Assembly: GCF_009914755.1 (NCBI RefSeq)
Contig: NC_060928.1
Direction: 5' to 3' (one strand)
From: the human T2T-CHM13v2.0 reference genome, Homo sapiens
DNA length: 64,000 nucleotides
Shown: piece by piece, positions 1 through 11,481 of the stretch
Layout: every line of letters starts with the position of its first letter
How positions within the stretch are numbered: the stretch's first letter is position 1
Program-made: the position numbers and the translations under genes
Notes under the pieces: generated by a model
Told to the model about the DNA's origin: nothing
The model's input: only the letters and a program-made list of their open reading frames with translations
The model's database searches: none

Positions 1-62
1 TTTAATTTTAATTAAATTTAAATAGCTACATGTGCTTAGTAGTCACCATTTTGGACATGCAG
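1..62. mobile_element. MER3/MER33-like hAT-Charlie terminus (partial, runs off window)
   Basis: AAATTTAAATAGCTACATGTGCTTAGTAGTCACCATTTTGGACATGCAG resembles the recalled MER3/MER33 end (AAATAGCCACATGTGGCTAGTGGCTACCATATTGGACAGCGCAG). Confidence 0.65.
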
Positions 63-1545
63 ATCTATGGACTTGTCTCTTTTTCCAAGCAGCTTTCTAG
101 TGATAGAGGCCAATTGGGTTCAGTTCTATCACAATAATGACTCTTTTCCCCTCTGCATGGTCTCACCAGAGCTTGTCAGGTCTCAGAACCCACTGGCCTC
201 TACCAGGCTCACACCCTGTACTATTCCACCTTGCTGTCCTTTCTTGGTCTGGAAGAACACTTTCAGTCTCCCCAGGGCTTGGATAATTTGAATTCCTGCT
301 CTATTCCATGCTTTGTTATGGAATAAACTATCCACTAGTTACTACTTCCACTAGAATCTTCCCTTTTACAGCTCAAGATATGTATTTTTTTTTTGTTCTC
401 AACAAAATAACACTCTGCAAATCAATGACTTTGACTTTCAAAGTGATTGCTTCTGATGAGGACTTCAAGAGTTTATTCTGTGAACTTAAAAAGAATACCC
501 TGAAAATTGATTGTTCTCTTTTTGATTTTCTATTATAAAAATTCTGACTCCTCAAGGTCGTAAGAATTCTTCTTCACTATCTCCACAAAGGTTCACATAC
601 AATGTGCTTTCTGAAAAGTATAAAATTTAATATTTCATGACAAAGTATTTCAAACAGAAAGTGACAAAAGTTTTTGTGTGCTTGTACCAGCAATAATACT
701 CTAAAGATGTCCATCACTGTGATAGGAGAGTGAAGCAGAGGTGACTTAGAATAGAGATGGGAAATGTGGATGAAGCTGGGTATACCCCTTGTGAACCTCC
801 ACTTTCAGTGGGCACAGGAATGTGTGCTCCTCTCCCATGCTGGAGTATAGGGAAGCCAGTGAACTCACAATAATATGAGATAGACAAAGCTATGAAGGAA
901 ATAAGTGAAGATTGCTTTAATCCCTCCATTCTTTTTTGAATTGCTCAGATCACATGTGCCACATTTCCAGAACTGCTAGAGTTCTTCTCATTTCTCTGCT
1001 CCTTGACCTCAAAGCACTTATAGTATATTTGGGGAGACAGGTACTAAACAATGAATATTTATACAAAAATATAATTAGAAATTGTCCAAGAGCCATAAAT
1101 TGAAAGGAAAGAATGCCACTGGGGAGAATCATGGAGCTGTAGAGGAGAGGCTGAATGTGAAGTGATGTTTCTACAGTGTACGAAAGTTGAGTAGGGATTA
1201 GACAGAGTGGGAGGAAGAGAATTCTAGGGCAAGATCCTGAGGAAGCAAAGGGGCTGGTGTGTTGAGGAAGAGAAAAAAGGACCGTTTGCTTCAGGAAGAC
1301 CGAGTGGTGACAGAGTGATGTGAGAGGCAAGGTTCGAGAGGAGGACAAGGGCTTAGGAATGATTAGAAGCTGGGCTATTATTCTAGGTGCAGTAGAGAAA
1401 CCACCAAAGGGTGTCATGCTGGTGGCAGGGTTACAATGGGATCACATTGACACCTTACAACGATTACTCCGGCTGTTGTGCAGAGAAGAGGATGAGAAGG
1501 TAGGAGGCAAGAGTGAAGGAGGTGAGAGCCCACTTAGGACACCAC

Positions 1546-1601
1546 TGACAGAATAAAGCCAGAGAGGGTCATGTGTGACAGAATAAAGCCAGAGAGGGTC
1601 A
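1546..1601 (+). repeat. Tandem duplication, 30-bp period
   Basis: TGACAGAATAAAGCCAGAGAGGGTCA is identical at 1546-1571 and 1576-1601. Confidence 0.95.
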
Positions 1602-1656
1602 GAGTACTGACAATGGAGACCGAGAAAACTTGACAAATTCACAATATATGTTAGGG

Positions 1657-2278
1657 CAGAGTCTTTCAACCTTGGCCCTTGTATTAGTTCGTTTTCATGT
1701 TGCTAATAAAGACATATTCCACTAGACATATTCCACAGTCCATTACAGAGACTGGATAGTTTACAAAGAAAAAGAGGTTTAATGGACTCAGTTCCACATG
1801 GCTAGGGAGGCGTTACAATCATGGCAGAAGGCAAAAGACACATCTTACATCGCAGCAGGCAAAAGACAGAATGAGAACCAAGTGAAAGGAGTTTCCCCTT
1901 ACAAAACTATCCGATGACATGAGACACTACCATGGGAAAAGTATGGGGGAAACCACCCCCATGATTTAATTATTTTCCACTGGGTGCCTCCCACAACACA
2001 TGGAAATTATGAGAGCTGCAATCCAAGATAAGATTTGTGTGGGGACACAACCAAACCATATCAGCCCTCTTGAAATTTTGGACCAGATAATTATTTGTTG
2101 CGGGGTTTGTTCTGTTCATTGTAGAATGTGTAACAACATGCCTGACCCCTTCTTCTGCCGGTAGCATTCCCCAGCCCAACCCCCAATGCCCTCCATCAAT
2201 TTGTGAAAACTTAGAATGTCTCTAGACATTGCTAAATATCTCTTGCATAGTAAAATTGCCCTCGATTGAGAGCCACTA
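1657..2278. mobile_element. MER20 (hAT-Charlie), split by a THE1 LTR
   Basis: CAGAGTCTTTCAACCTTGG ... TTTTGGACCAGATAATT ... AATGTCTCTAGACATTGC ... GATTGAGAGCCACT follows the MER20 consensus. Confidence 0.85.
1680..2063 (-). mobile_element. THE1 (C-like) MaLR solo LTR
   Basis: TGTATTAGT...CCAAACCATATCA termini; 5-bp TSD GCCCT at 1675-1679 and 2064-2068. Confidence 0.92.
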
Positions 2279-3196
2279 TATTAAGGGGACAATTCACAGA
2301 TACAAACAGCAGATTAGATGTGGAAAGATAAGGAAATGGAAGGTGTCATGAATGACATTTATTTGATCAAGGAAGTAGGTGGATATGTGATTATAGGAAT
2401 GCAATGACTTGAGGAGACTATTTGGGGCATGTGTAGAAATATTAAGAGTTTGTTTTAAACACAGTTAATCTAGATGCCTCGAAGACTTCAAGGAGAGATA
2501 TCAAGGAGATGGTTGCTTATTGTACTAAGAGATCTTGGCTGGAAATATGAAGAGCCATGGGGTTTGGATGTGATCACTGATAGAGAGAATGTAAATGAGA
2601 ACAGAAGAGCTTTGGGAATTGAATATAGAAAAATCTATTATTTCCAAAACCAGCAGAAAATGTCATGAAAAGGGAAAAACACCCCAGCATGCTTTTCAAG
2701 AAGAAGAGAGTAAACTAAATTGAATATGACTCAAAGTTCTAGTTATATGAGGATTGAAAAGTGTCCATTGGAATTGGCAAAAAGGGAGGTAACTGTAAAA
2801 CTTAGCTGGTGGGTAGAGATATTTAATGGAATAGAAGGGGCTGAAATCATAATGGGGTGGGCTGGAATGAGAATGAAAGTTGGAAAACCATGTGTGTAGA
2901 CTATTATTTCAAGAGTTTTTTCCAACCAAGTGAGGAGGAAGGAAGCAATTAACTAAAAGGAGAGGTGGCATTGGCAGGGGGTTTCGGGGGGGTGCTTTGT
3001 AAAAACATGATAGTAAGAAACATGATTCAATTTTGCTAGGAAATGATCCAGTAAATAGTAAGAGAAGTTCAAAATAGGGGAAAGAGAATAACAGATTCAC
3101 CAAAGTTCTCTGGTAGGTATGACACTTTTGGCTAGTAATTTGCTAGGGGAAATATACTTTCTTTATTATAACAGAGAAAATGATAATATTGATCAT

Positions 3197-3421
3197 GATA
3201 GCTAACATTTATTGAGGGTTTATGATATGTCAGGCTTCTTACATGTTTTATCTCATTTAATCTTCTCCCCCAAAACTTATGAAATAAATCCTGTTAGTAT
3301 ACATACTGGAGAAATGAGAAAACAGGGTTAGAGTAACTTGTTTAAGTGGCAGAGCTTAGACTGTAATGGAACTCATTCCTGAATCCAGGTTAAGCCAACT
3401 TATTCCAGAGCCTAAGCTCTT
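3197..3421 (-). mobile_element. MIR SINE
   Basis: ATAGCTAACATTTATTGAG...ATCTCATTTAATC...AGTAACTTG antisense MIR motifs. Confidence 0.75.
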
Positions 3422-4072
3422 AAAAGAAGCAGAGAAAAGGAATCCTGTCAATTAACCTACCAAAGAATTATTAAAACCCATTAACTCTTGCCTATTACCT
3501 TAAAGTTTTAAGACCAGCTTAATTTGAATGAAGGTTACCTCTCACAGTGAAATACTCCATGCTTCCCTATACTTGACCCTGTCCTAAAGTGATGACTGGT
3601 TTTCTCTCATCTTTTATTTTTTACTCAATTTGTTTGTTTGTTCATTTACATTTTTCTAAAGGAATCTTCTACACTAACAGCGAGCAGGTCTGGGCTCAGA
3701 AAAGATAGCCTGTCCTTTGAGTGGAAAGAATTACTCAGGGTGCTTACTTTTTGAGCTGGATTAGACACTGAGCAAATGTGTTTCCTGTTCTGGGCTCTAG
3801 GCCCTGCTTGCCAGAGCAGCTACGAATACTTATTACAGCCTTCCAGAGGCTGTTCGCAGAGTCTCCGAGATTGGTTAGTAATTGGCATAGAAGAAAATGC
3901 CATTGGCTTACCTTACTCTGGGCTTTTTGTTTATAATGCTAGCTTTATTCTCAAATCCTGGCAATGATTCTTTTCTAATAAGCAAGCATTCTCTGATATT
4001 TGATACAGTATCAAGCAGTACTTGTCCTATCTTGACCTTAATTTTCTTTTTAATCATTTACTTGAAGGACCT

Positions 4073-4133
4073 CGTGTGTGTGTGTGCACGCGTGTATGCC
4101 CATGTGTGTGCGTGTGTACCCCCACGTGTGTGC
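4073..4133. repeat. Degenerate (TG)n microsatellite
   Basis: Direct reading: GTGTGTGTGTGTGCACGCGTGT... Confidence 0.85.
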
Positions 4134-4532
4134 AAGTAAATGCATAAGGTTGTGTTTGTGGCTTAAGGGTGCTTTTCTGAGATACAAGGCCTGTTATGAT
4201 AAGATATACTCTTTGGCCATCTTCTGAAGAGAAGCCAAAAAAAAAAAAAAGCAGTTCAGAGTTTTATCTGGACAGGTAAAGTCATAGTATTGACTTTTTA
4301 TCTTACAGTGTTTCTTAGATAATTTGGTTCCTTTTTTTAGTTTTCAGGATGATGACACACAAACAAATGATCATTTTCACCTCAAGTGGCTCTCTTTTAC
4401 AAGAACAAAGATTCTCATGTCAAAGTGAATAAAGAGGGAGGCAGGGACCCAAGAGAGAGTGGAGAAATGGGAGCTCGCTCTACCGTACAGTTTATCTAGA
4501 TGTGTTTGACACTTCCTTTTTAATGTTTACCA

Positions 4533-4600
4533 AAAAAAAAAAAAAAAAAAAAAAAAGAGGAAGAAGAAAAGAAAGAATAAGAGAAAAAAGAAAAAAGAAT
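4533..4600. repeat. Poly(A)/purine-rich low-complexity tract
   Basis: Long A run followed by GA-rich sequence. Confidence 0.9.
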
Positions 4601-4961
4601 GTGATTCAAAGTGAATGTGAACAAACGATCGCGTGGCTTGAATGCTTTAGCACAGAAGTACTTGGGTCACCACTGTCTTTTCAAACTCGATCTTCTGACT
4701 TTCGAGTATCTCTGACTCCATTCATGTATAAAAGGTAGCCATAGTCTTCCAGAGGTGAGGCCGTCCTTTTGTTTTGAGTTCTCTGGAAGCAACTCCAGTT
4801 TCTAGATCAGAAGAAAGAATAGGCAAAATGAGAGTATTTGAAGCCTATGGAGTAGATGCACCTGTGAGGTTTCTTAAGTCTTAGCTGAAAGGCTTCTGCA
4901 TGCAAATATACATTAATATGTGTATACATACATAGCTCTTCGACTTTGCAGTTACATTTCT

Positions 4962-4964
<3 letters not shown>

Positions 4965-5000
<36 letters not shown>
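4965..5000. repeat. Poly(T) tract, ~36 nt
   Basis: Direct reading; no adjacent Alu or L1 body recognised. Confidence 0.95.
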
Positions 5001-5003
<3 letters not shown>

Positions 5004-6246
5004 TACTGAGGGAAATGATCTGATCAGAGTGCTTTGCTCTCAGAAACAGTCACAGGGCCCAAGTAACCGGGCAGGCTTGTCCCCTCCTGTGGCAGTTTAT
5101 TAGTACTGCAGAAACAACTCTGCAAACCAGCATACCGGCAATTAAAGGTGTGACAACTTCATGTCCCAGGAGAAAGCATTTTCATGTGGAAGTTAAAACC
5201 TGATGACATGTGAAAGGAGATGAAGGATGTGTATAAAACTGGATGTTTAAAAAATTCAGCTCTGCCACATCAAATGTTTGGAGGTATCCAGGGGCAGTGA
5301 GTGAAGCATTGCAGCAAATGAAATTCTGGCTTTCTTTTCATTTTGAACAAGAGCTTCACATTATTGAAACACACATTTTGCTTATCCATGAAACCCATGT
5401 TTGAATCAACAGCTGCAAGCAGAGCCAGTTCTGTCATGTGGCTCTCCAAGGCTGGCTGAGTGACTGATAGTGACATATTTTGAATGATTTAAGAGAAACC
5501 AGGGGACTGTTGACCAGCAGTACATCCCAACATTATTAGCTTCCTTCTGATATGTCAGGGCTACTGATGAATTTTAGTTTTCTCAGAGGTTTCTGATCTT
5601 GGAGGCAGCACTGGATGAGCTGTTAACAAGCTTTCAGAATGTCAGATTTGCACTGGATTTAACTGACATTTCTTTTTAAGACTTTAAAGGATCATAAATT
5701 ACAATAGGCTTTTTGGTCCCTGGGCAGTCACAGCCCACAGCTGAGGAGAATGTGCTCAGTAAATGTGTATTGTGATGGACTAGACTTTTGTAACTAGCCA
5801 CTCAGATTTGGAAAAAATAAAAGGAAGCCTTACAGATATTAGGTAATAAAGAATATGCTTTATAACATCAAAATATGATTTATGAAAAAAAGAACATTCC
5901 TATAATTTGGGTTCAAGCTGAGACTTCTGGTTAAAAGTGTCTTAAATTTCATAGTGGTTTTACAGTGTTTTTGTAAATTTTCACATATCTCCTCTGATCC
6001 TTAACATGCTATTCCATTTAATCTCTATTTACTTAGTGACAACATTTGATTGAAGTCACAAGTCTGGGATCCTTGTCTCAGCAGGTTGAGTAACGTCAGT
6101 TTTCCAGGTCCTAACCCTTATTTGCTTGTATAATTAACTGTTGCTACCAATTTAACCATATTTAAACTTGGATCACATTAGAAAATATAGTGTAGTTAGA
6201 AAATAAAGTTAATGTTGGTTCTAAACAAGTTATTTAAATTTTCAGG

Positions 6247-6395
6247 GGTGTAGTGGAATAAACACTGGCTTTAGAGTTTGCCATCCATAGTGTCGAAGTG
6301 CAGCAAGCTGAGTGAACTTGGAGAAAAAATGATTTTAACATCTTGATTCTCAATTTCAATGTCTGTACTTCGGGGATAAAAATAGTTATCTTCTA
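6247..6395 (+). mobile_element. MIR SINE (degenerate)
   Basis: GTGTAGTGG...GCTGAGTGAACTTGG...CTCAATTTC...GGGGATAAAAATAG. Confidence 0.6.
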
Positions 6396-6399
6396 GATT

Positions 6400-7780
6400 A
6401 TCAGTTATTTACTCCAGAAATGTTTATTGAGTAGCTAACTACTCTGTGCTAGGCATTATTTTAACATTGAAATGCAATGTTGAGTGAGATAGAAAAAAAT
6501 CCCTACCCTCAGGGACTTGTCTTCTAGTTGGGGAAGACAGACAATAAATAATTGAATAAACTAGTTCTGAGAGTCTCAAGTATTATACAGGATATGCAAT
6601 GGGATAATGTAGCAAGAATGCCTTGGGTGAAAATGGCAGCATTCCAGGAGACAGGGTGATTAGGGAAGGCTCCCCTGAGGATGTGACATTGAGGGTGACC
6701 TGAATGATAAAATGACACTAGCCTTGTGAGGGATCAGAGCAAAAGCATTGTAAGCAGAGGGAGTAGCAAATGCAAAGGCTCTGGTATAGGAAGGAGTTTA
6801 GAGTGTTTTAAGAACAGAAAGAAATCTGGTCCTAGAGGAAGGCAGGGGCTAGACCACGACAGGCATTTCAGCCATAGTAAGGATTTGGATGTTCTCTAAA
6901 TGCAATGGAAATCATTGGAGATTTTAAGGAAGTGTAATGACACGGTTTGATTTGTATTTTAAAATGCTAACTTTGCTGTGTAGAAAATGGGCTGTGGATA
7001 AATATTAAACATGGTAATAGGAAGAACAGCTAAGAGGCTATTGCTGTATTCTAGATAAGAGATGATGGTGGTTTGAACTAGTGAAATAATGATGGAGATG
7101 AAGGTAAATATTTGGATTTGGGGCATATTTTGGAGGTAGAAAGGACAAGACTTGCTGATGCAGTGAATGTGAGGGGTTTAGGAATGAGAGAAATCTGGGA
7201 CAGATTGTGGGTTTTGGTTTGATAAGACAAATAAATCAAATGGGGGAAGACTTGGGAAGAAACCCGACAGTGCAAATAAACCAAGAGTTTCATTTTAGAG
7301 ATATTAAGTTTAAGTTGGATTTTGGATCCAAGTAGAGCTATCATATAGGTGCCTATGAATGGGATGTCAAGTAGAATATGCAAGCTGGAGCTCATGGCAG
7401 GCCTCTGGGCTGGAGAGAGAAATTAGGGAATCATTAGCTTTGCTGATGTTTAAAGCCAGGGGAGTGGAAGAGATGACTCAGGGAGAAAGAATGAGTAGAG
7501 AACGGGAGAGGGTACAGGATAATCCCTGAAGCACTCCAAAATTTAGATGGCATATTGAAAGAAAGAGTAAGCTGAAGAGTTGGAAAGGAGGTAGCTAGTA
7601 AATGGAAAAACACACAAAAATGTTGATATGTCTAAGGAGGAGTTAATTGTATTTATTGCTGCTGAGAGGTAAATATGAAGTTAGAGAAGTGGACTTCAGG
7701 TTTGTACAGTGACTCAAAATAAGAGCACTTCCATTGAAGTGATGGGGACGAAAGTCAGGCTGGAGTGGATTGTTATGAGA
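6400..7780 (-). mobile_element. L2a-like LINE 3' fragment
   Basis: AAATGTTTATTGAG...TGTGCTAGGCA...CCCTACCCTCAGGG...CTAGTTGGGGAAGACAGAC, followed by antisense L2 body. Confidence 0.85.
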
Positions 7781-7894
7781 ATTACAGTCCACATAAAACA
7801 AGCCCCAGGTTTTATATGTAAATCATTCTGAGACAGTATATGCTTAAGATATGGTAGCTATTACTGAGAAATAATAATTTGGTGGCAGATTTTG

Positions 7895-8720
7895 TGGCTT
7901 GACAATAGCAGCCATTCTCCTGGCCTCCTTCCCCCATCCCTTGCTTCATTTTCTTGACAAACTTTTCTCCTTCTTTAAATTTGTCTGAGTTTTCCACCCT
8001 TCCATATGCTGAGGGATGAGTCTAGGTCACCTTGGTGGTCTTATTCATTTCGCCAGTGATTAGTTTAGGCATTGTTATGTGACCAAATCCTGGCCTGTAT
8101 TACTCAGGGTTCTCTTAGAGGAACAGAACTAATAGGATAGATAGACATATAGAAAGGGGAGTTTATTAAGCATTTGATCACAAGTTCCCCACGATAGGCT
8201 ATCTGTAAGCTGAGGAGCAAGGAGAACCAGTCTGAGTCCCAAAACTGAAGAGCTCGGAGTCCGATGTTTGAGGGCAGGAAGCATCTAGCACGGGAGAAAG
8301 TAGGCTGGGAGGCTAGGCTTGTCTCTCTTTTTCACATTTTTCTGCCTGCTTTATATTTGCTGGAGGCTGATTAGAATGTGCCCACCAGATTAAGGGTGGA
8401 TCTGCCTTCCACAGCCCACTGACTCAAATGTTAATGTCTTTTGGCGACACCCACACAGACACACCCAGGATTAAGATTTTGTATCCCTCAATCCACTCAA
8501 GTTGACAGTATTAACCATCACATGGCCAATGGGATCTGATGGACAATCTGCTGAGAGCTTCTGGAAAAGGTTTCTTTGTTAATAAAAATATACTCGTGGA
8601 AATAAATTCTGCTCTGCTTCACCAAATATTAATACTCCTGTGATGTTTGAAATTGCTGCAGCCATCTGTATGTGACCAAGAGAGACCCTATCATGGGCAG
8701 GCTGTATATGGTCAAGTGGA
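7895..8720 (+). mobile_element. Old MLT1 (J/K-like) LTR split by MLT2A
   Basis: TGTGACCAAATCCTGGCC|AATGGG...CTGCTGAGAGCTTCTGGAAAAGG...GCAGCCATC. Confidence 0.6.
8096..8522 (-). mobile_element. MLT2A (HERV-L) solo LTR
   Basis: TGTATTACTCAGGGTTCTC...GTTGACAGTATTAACCATCACA; 5-bp TSD TGGCC at 8091-8095 and 8523-8527. Confidence 0.92.
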
Positions 8721-8859
8721 AATATGGAGAGCTATATTTTCAGACCTAGATCTCAGTCTAATGGGGACATTAAGACATACTCTTTAAACCAATGTGTCTC
8801 TGGGTATGAATCCTGCAGAGCTCTGTATAATGCTGATGTTACAAATTACATAGTGACAG

Positions 8860-8985
8860 GCATTGTTTTAAGCTTGACTTACTATTTTACAGATGAGTAA
8901 ACTGAGACCAAATGAACCTAAGTGCTTTGCCTAGGGACCTATAACTGGTAGTGGGAATTCAAACCCAGGTATTCTAGCTACCAGG
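8860..8985 (-). mobile_element. MIR SINE fragment
   Basis: ATTTTACAGATGAGTAAACTGAG...GGAATTCAAACCCAGG antisense core. Confidence 0.75.
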
Positions 8986-9140
8986 TTAACACTACATTTT
9001 GTAGGTCATATTAAAGAGGGCATCTGCAAATAAACATGCGTTTATTTGATATCTATATTTAAAACAATGCACTGGTTTTACATTATTTCCCAAGAGTGGC
9101 TGCAGATTTGGGGCCGAATTTCTTTTGTCAACTGCTGGTC

Positions 9141-9593
9141 CTGGAAATGCTTGTGAAGTGTGTTTCGGTAATCCTTGGTTAGAGTACATGTTAAGTGACA
9201 GTGTTCTTGCTTGGATGCACTGGAATCCAGGCTCACAAACTAACTTGGCCCAAATAATATTCAAGCTGTATACATTGCTAATGTTAAAACACATATGAGA
9301 TAAAGATAATAACTACTATTAATTTAGTGTTTAATATATAATTTATCTTGTATGCAGTGTTTTAACCACATTGTTTCACCAAATTTTCACTGAATCTTGA
9401 ACCCTAAAAAGATACTATTTTCTGAATGTTACCACTGATAAAAGTAAACTGGAGAGTTTAAGTATTTTGGCCCAAACTACTAAGTCTGTCTTATTCCAAA
9501 GGCCCTGCTCCTAACTATTAAATGAATGCATTAAATTTTAACTAAATTGTGGCATAAGCCTGAAAGCTACCTAGCACATTCAGATAGCATATT
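9141..9593 (+). repeat. Left arm (source) of ~455-bp inverted repeat
   Basis: Reverse complement aligns to 11025-11478; by hand about 32 substitutions and 2 small indels (~92-93% identity). Confidence 0.95.
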
Positions 9594-9786
9594 GTCTATG
9601 GGTTTGTGCATAGGAAAAACCCTGGAAATATAAGATGAACAATAGTTTTTTCTCTGTGTTGGGAATTACAGTTAATTTTTATTTTCTTTAGTATCCGGCC
9701 ATCATGAAAAGAAAAAAACTTTTTTAGTAATATTAAGAAATAAAAGTCTGATTTTTAAAAATATGTTTTCTAAAAATTCAGGTTTC

Positions 9787-11022
9787 TTATGGCTGTATAG
9801 TATTTCATGGTGTATATGTGCCACATTTGCTTTATCCAGTCTATCATTGATGGGCCTTTGGGTTGGTTCCAAGTCTTTGCTGTTGTGCATAGTGCTGCAA
9901 TAAATATATGTGTGCATGTGTCTTTATAGCAGAATGATTTATAATCCTTTGGGTATATACCCAGTGATGGGATTGCTGGGTCAAATGGTATTTCTGGTTC
10001 TAGATCCTAGAGGAATCACCACACTGTCTTCCACAATGGTTGAACTAATTTACACTCCCACAAACAGTGTAAAAGTGTTCCTATTTCTCCACATCCTCTC
10101 CAGCATCTGTGGTTTCCTGACTTTTTAATGATCTCCATTCTAACTGGCATGAGATGGTATCACATTGTGGTTTTGATTTGCATTTCTCTGATGACCAGTG
10201 ATGATGAGCTTTTCTTCATAAGTTTGTTGGCCACATAAATGTCTTGTTTTGAAAAGTGTCTGTTCACATCCTTCACCCACTTTTTGATGGGGTAGTTTGT
10301 TTTTTTCTTGTAAATTTGTTTAAGTTCCTTGTAGATTCTGGATATTAGCCCTTTGTCAGATGGATAGATTGCAAATATTTTCTCTCATTCTGTAGGTTGC
10401 CTATTCACTCTGATGATAGTTTCTTTTGCTGTGCAGAAGCTTTTTAGTTTAATTAGATCCCATTTGTCAATTTTGGCTTTCTTTGCAATTGCTTTTGGTG
10501 TTTTAGTCATGAAATATTTGCCCATCCCTATGTCCTGAATGATACTGTCTAGGTTTTCTTCTAGGGTTTTTATGGTTTTAGGTCTTATGTTTAAGTCTTT
10601 AATCCATCTTGAGTTAATTTTTATATAAGATGTAAGGAAGGGGTCCAGTTTCAGTTTTCTGATATGGCTAGCCAGTTTTCCCAACACCATTTGTTAAATA
10701 GAGAATCATTTCCTCGTTGCTTGTTTTTGTCAGGTTTGTCAAACATTGGATGGTTGTAGATGTGTGGTGTTGTTTCTGAGGCCTCTGTTCTGTTCCATTG
10801 GTCTATACGTCTGTTTTGGTACCAGTAACATGCTGTTTTGGTTACTGTAGCTTTGTAGTATACTTTGAAGTCAGGTAGCATAATGCCTCCAGCTTTGTTC
10901 TTTTTGCTTAAGATTGTCTTCGCTATACAGGCTCCTTTTTGGTTCCATATAAAATTTAAAGTAGTTTTTTTCTAATTCTGGGAAGAAAGTCAATGATAGC
11001 TTGATGGGAATAGCATTAAATC
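9787..11022 (-). mobile_element. L1PA7/8-like inverted segment (ORF2 C-terminal part) of a twin-primed insertion
   Basis: ORF2p remnants on the minus strand ([23 protein letters not shown]; [23 protein letters not shown]); begins directly after TSD AAAAATTCAGGTTTCTT (9772-9788). Confidence 0.95.
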
Positions 11023-11024
11023 CT

Positions 11025-11481
11025 AATATGCTATCTGAATGTGCTAGGTAGCTTCCAGGCTTACACCACAATTTAGTTAAAATTTAATGCATTCATTTAA
11101 TAGTTAGGAGCAGGGTCTTTGGAATAAGACAGACCTAGTAGTTTGGGCCAAATACTTAAACTCTCCATAGTTTACTTTTCTCAATCGTGATGTGCAGAAA
11201 ATTGTATCTTCTAAGGGTTCAAGATTCAGTGAAGATTTGGTGAAACAATGTGGTTAAAGCACTGCATACAAGATAAATTATATATTAAACACAAAATTAA
11301 TAGTAGTTATTATCTTTATTTCATATGTGTTTTAACATTAGCAATGTATACATCTTGAATATTATTTGTGCCAAGTTAGTCTGTGAGCCTGGATTCCAGT
11401 ACATCCAAGCAAGAATTCTGTCACTTAACATACACTCTGACCAAGGATTATTAAAACACACTTCACAAACATTTCCAGCAG
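11025..11481 (-). repeat. Right arm of inverted repeat: flank-derived filler inside the L1
   Basis: Inverted copy of 9141-9593 lying between the antisense and sense L1 pieces. Confidence 0.95.

Larger units (their letters stand above)
990..3110 (-). mobile_element. L2 LINE fragment, interrupted by MER20/THE1 at 1657-2278
   Basis: Purine-rich antisense L2 motifs (GGGGAGACAG, GATGTGATCACTGATAGAGAGAATGT, AAGTGTCCATTGGAATTGGCAA); boundaries approximate. Confidence 0.6.

Noticed and set aside
950-1417. 155-aa minus-strand ORF
   Set aside because: Falls in decayed L2; no recognisable domain.
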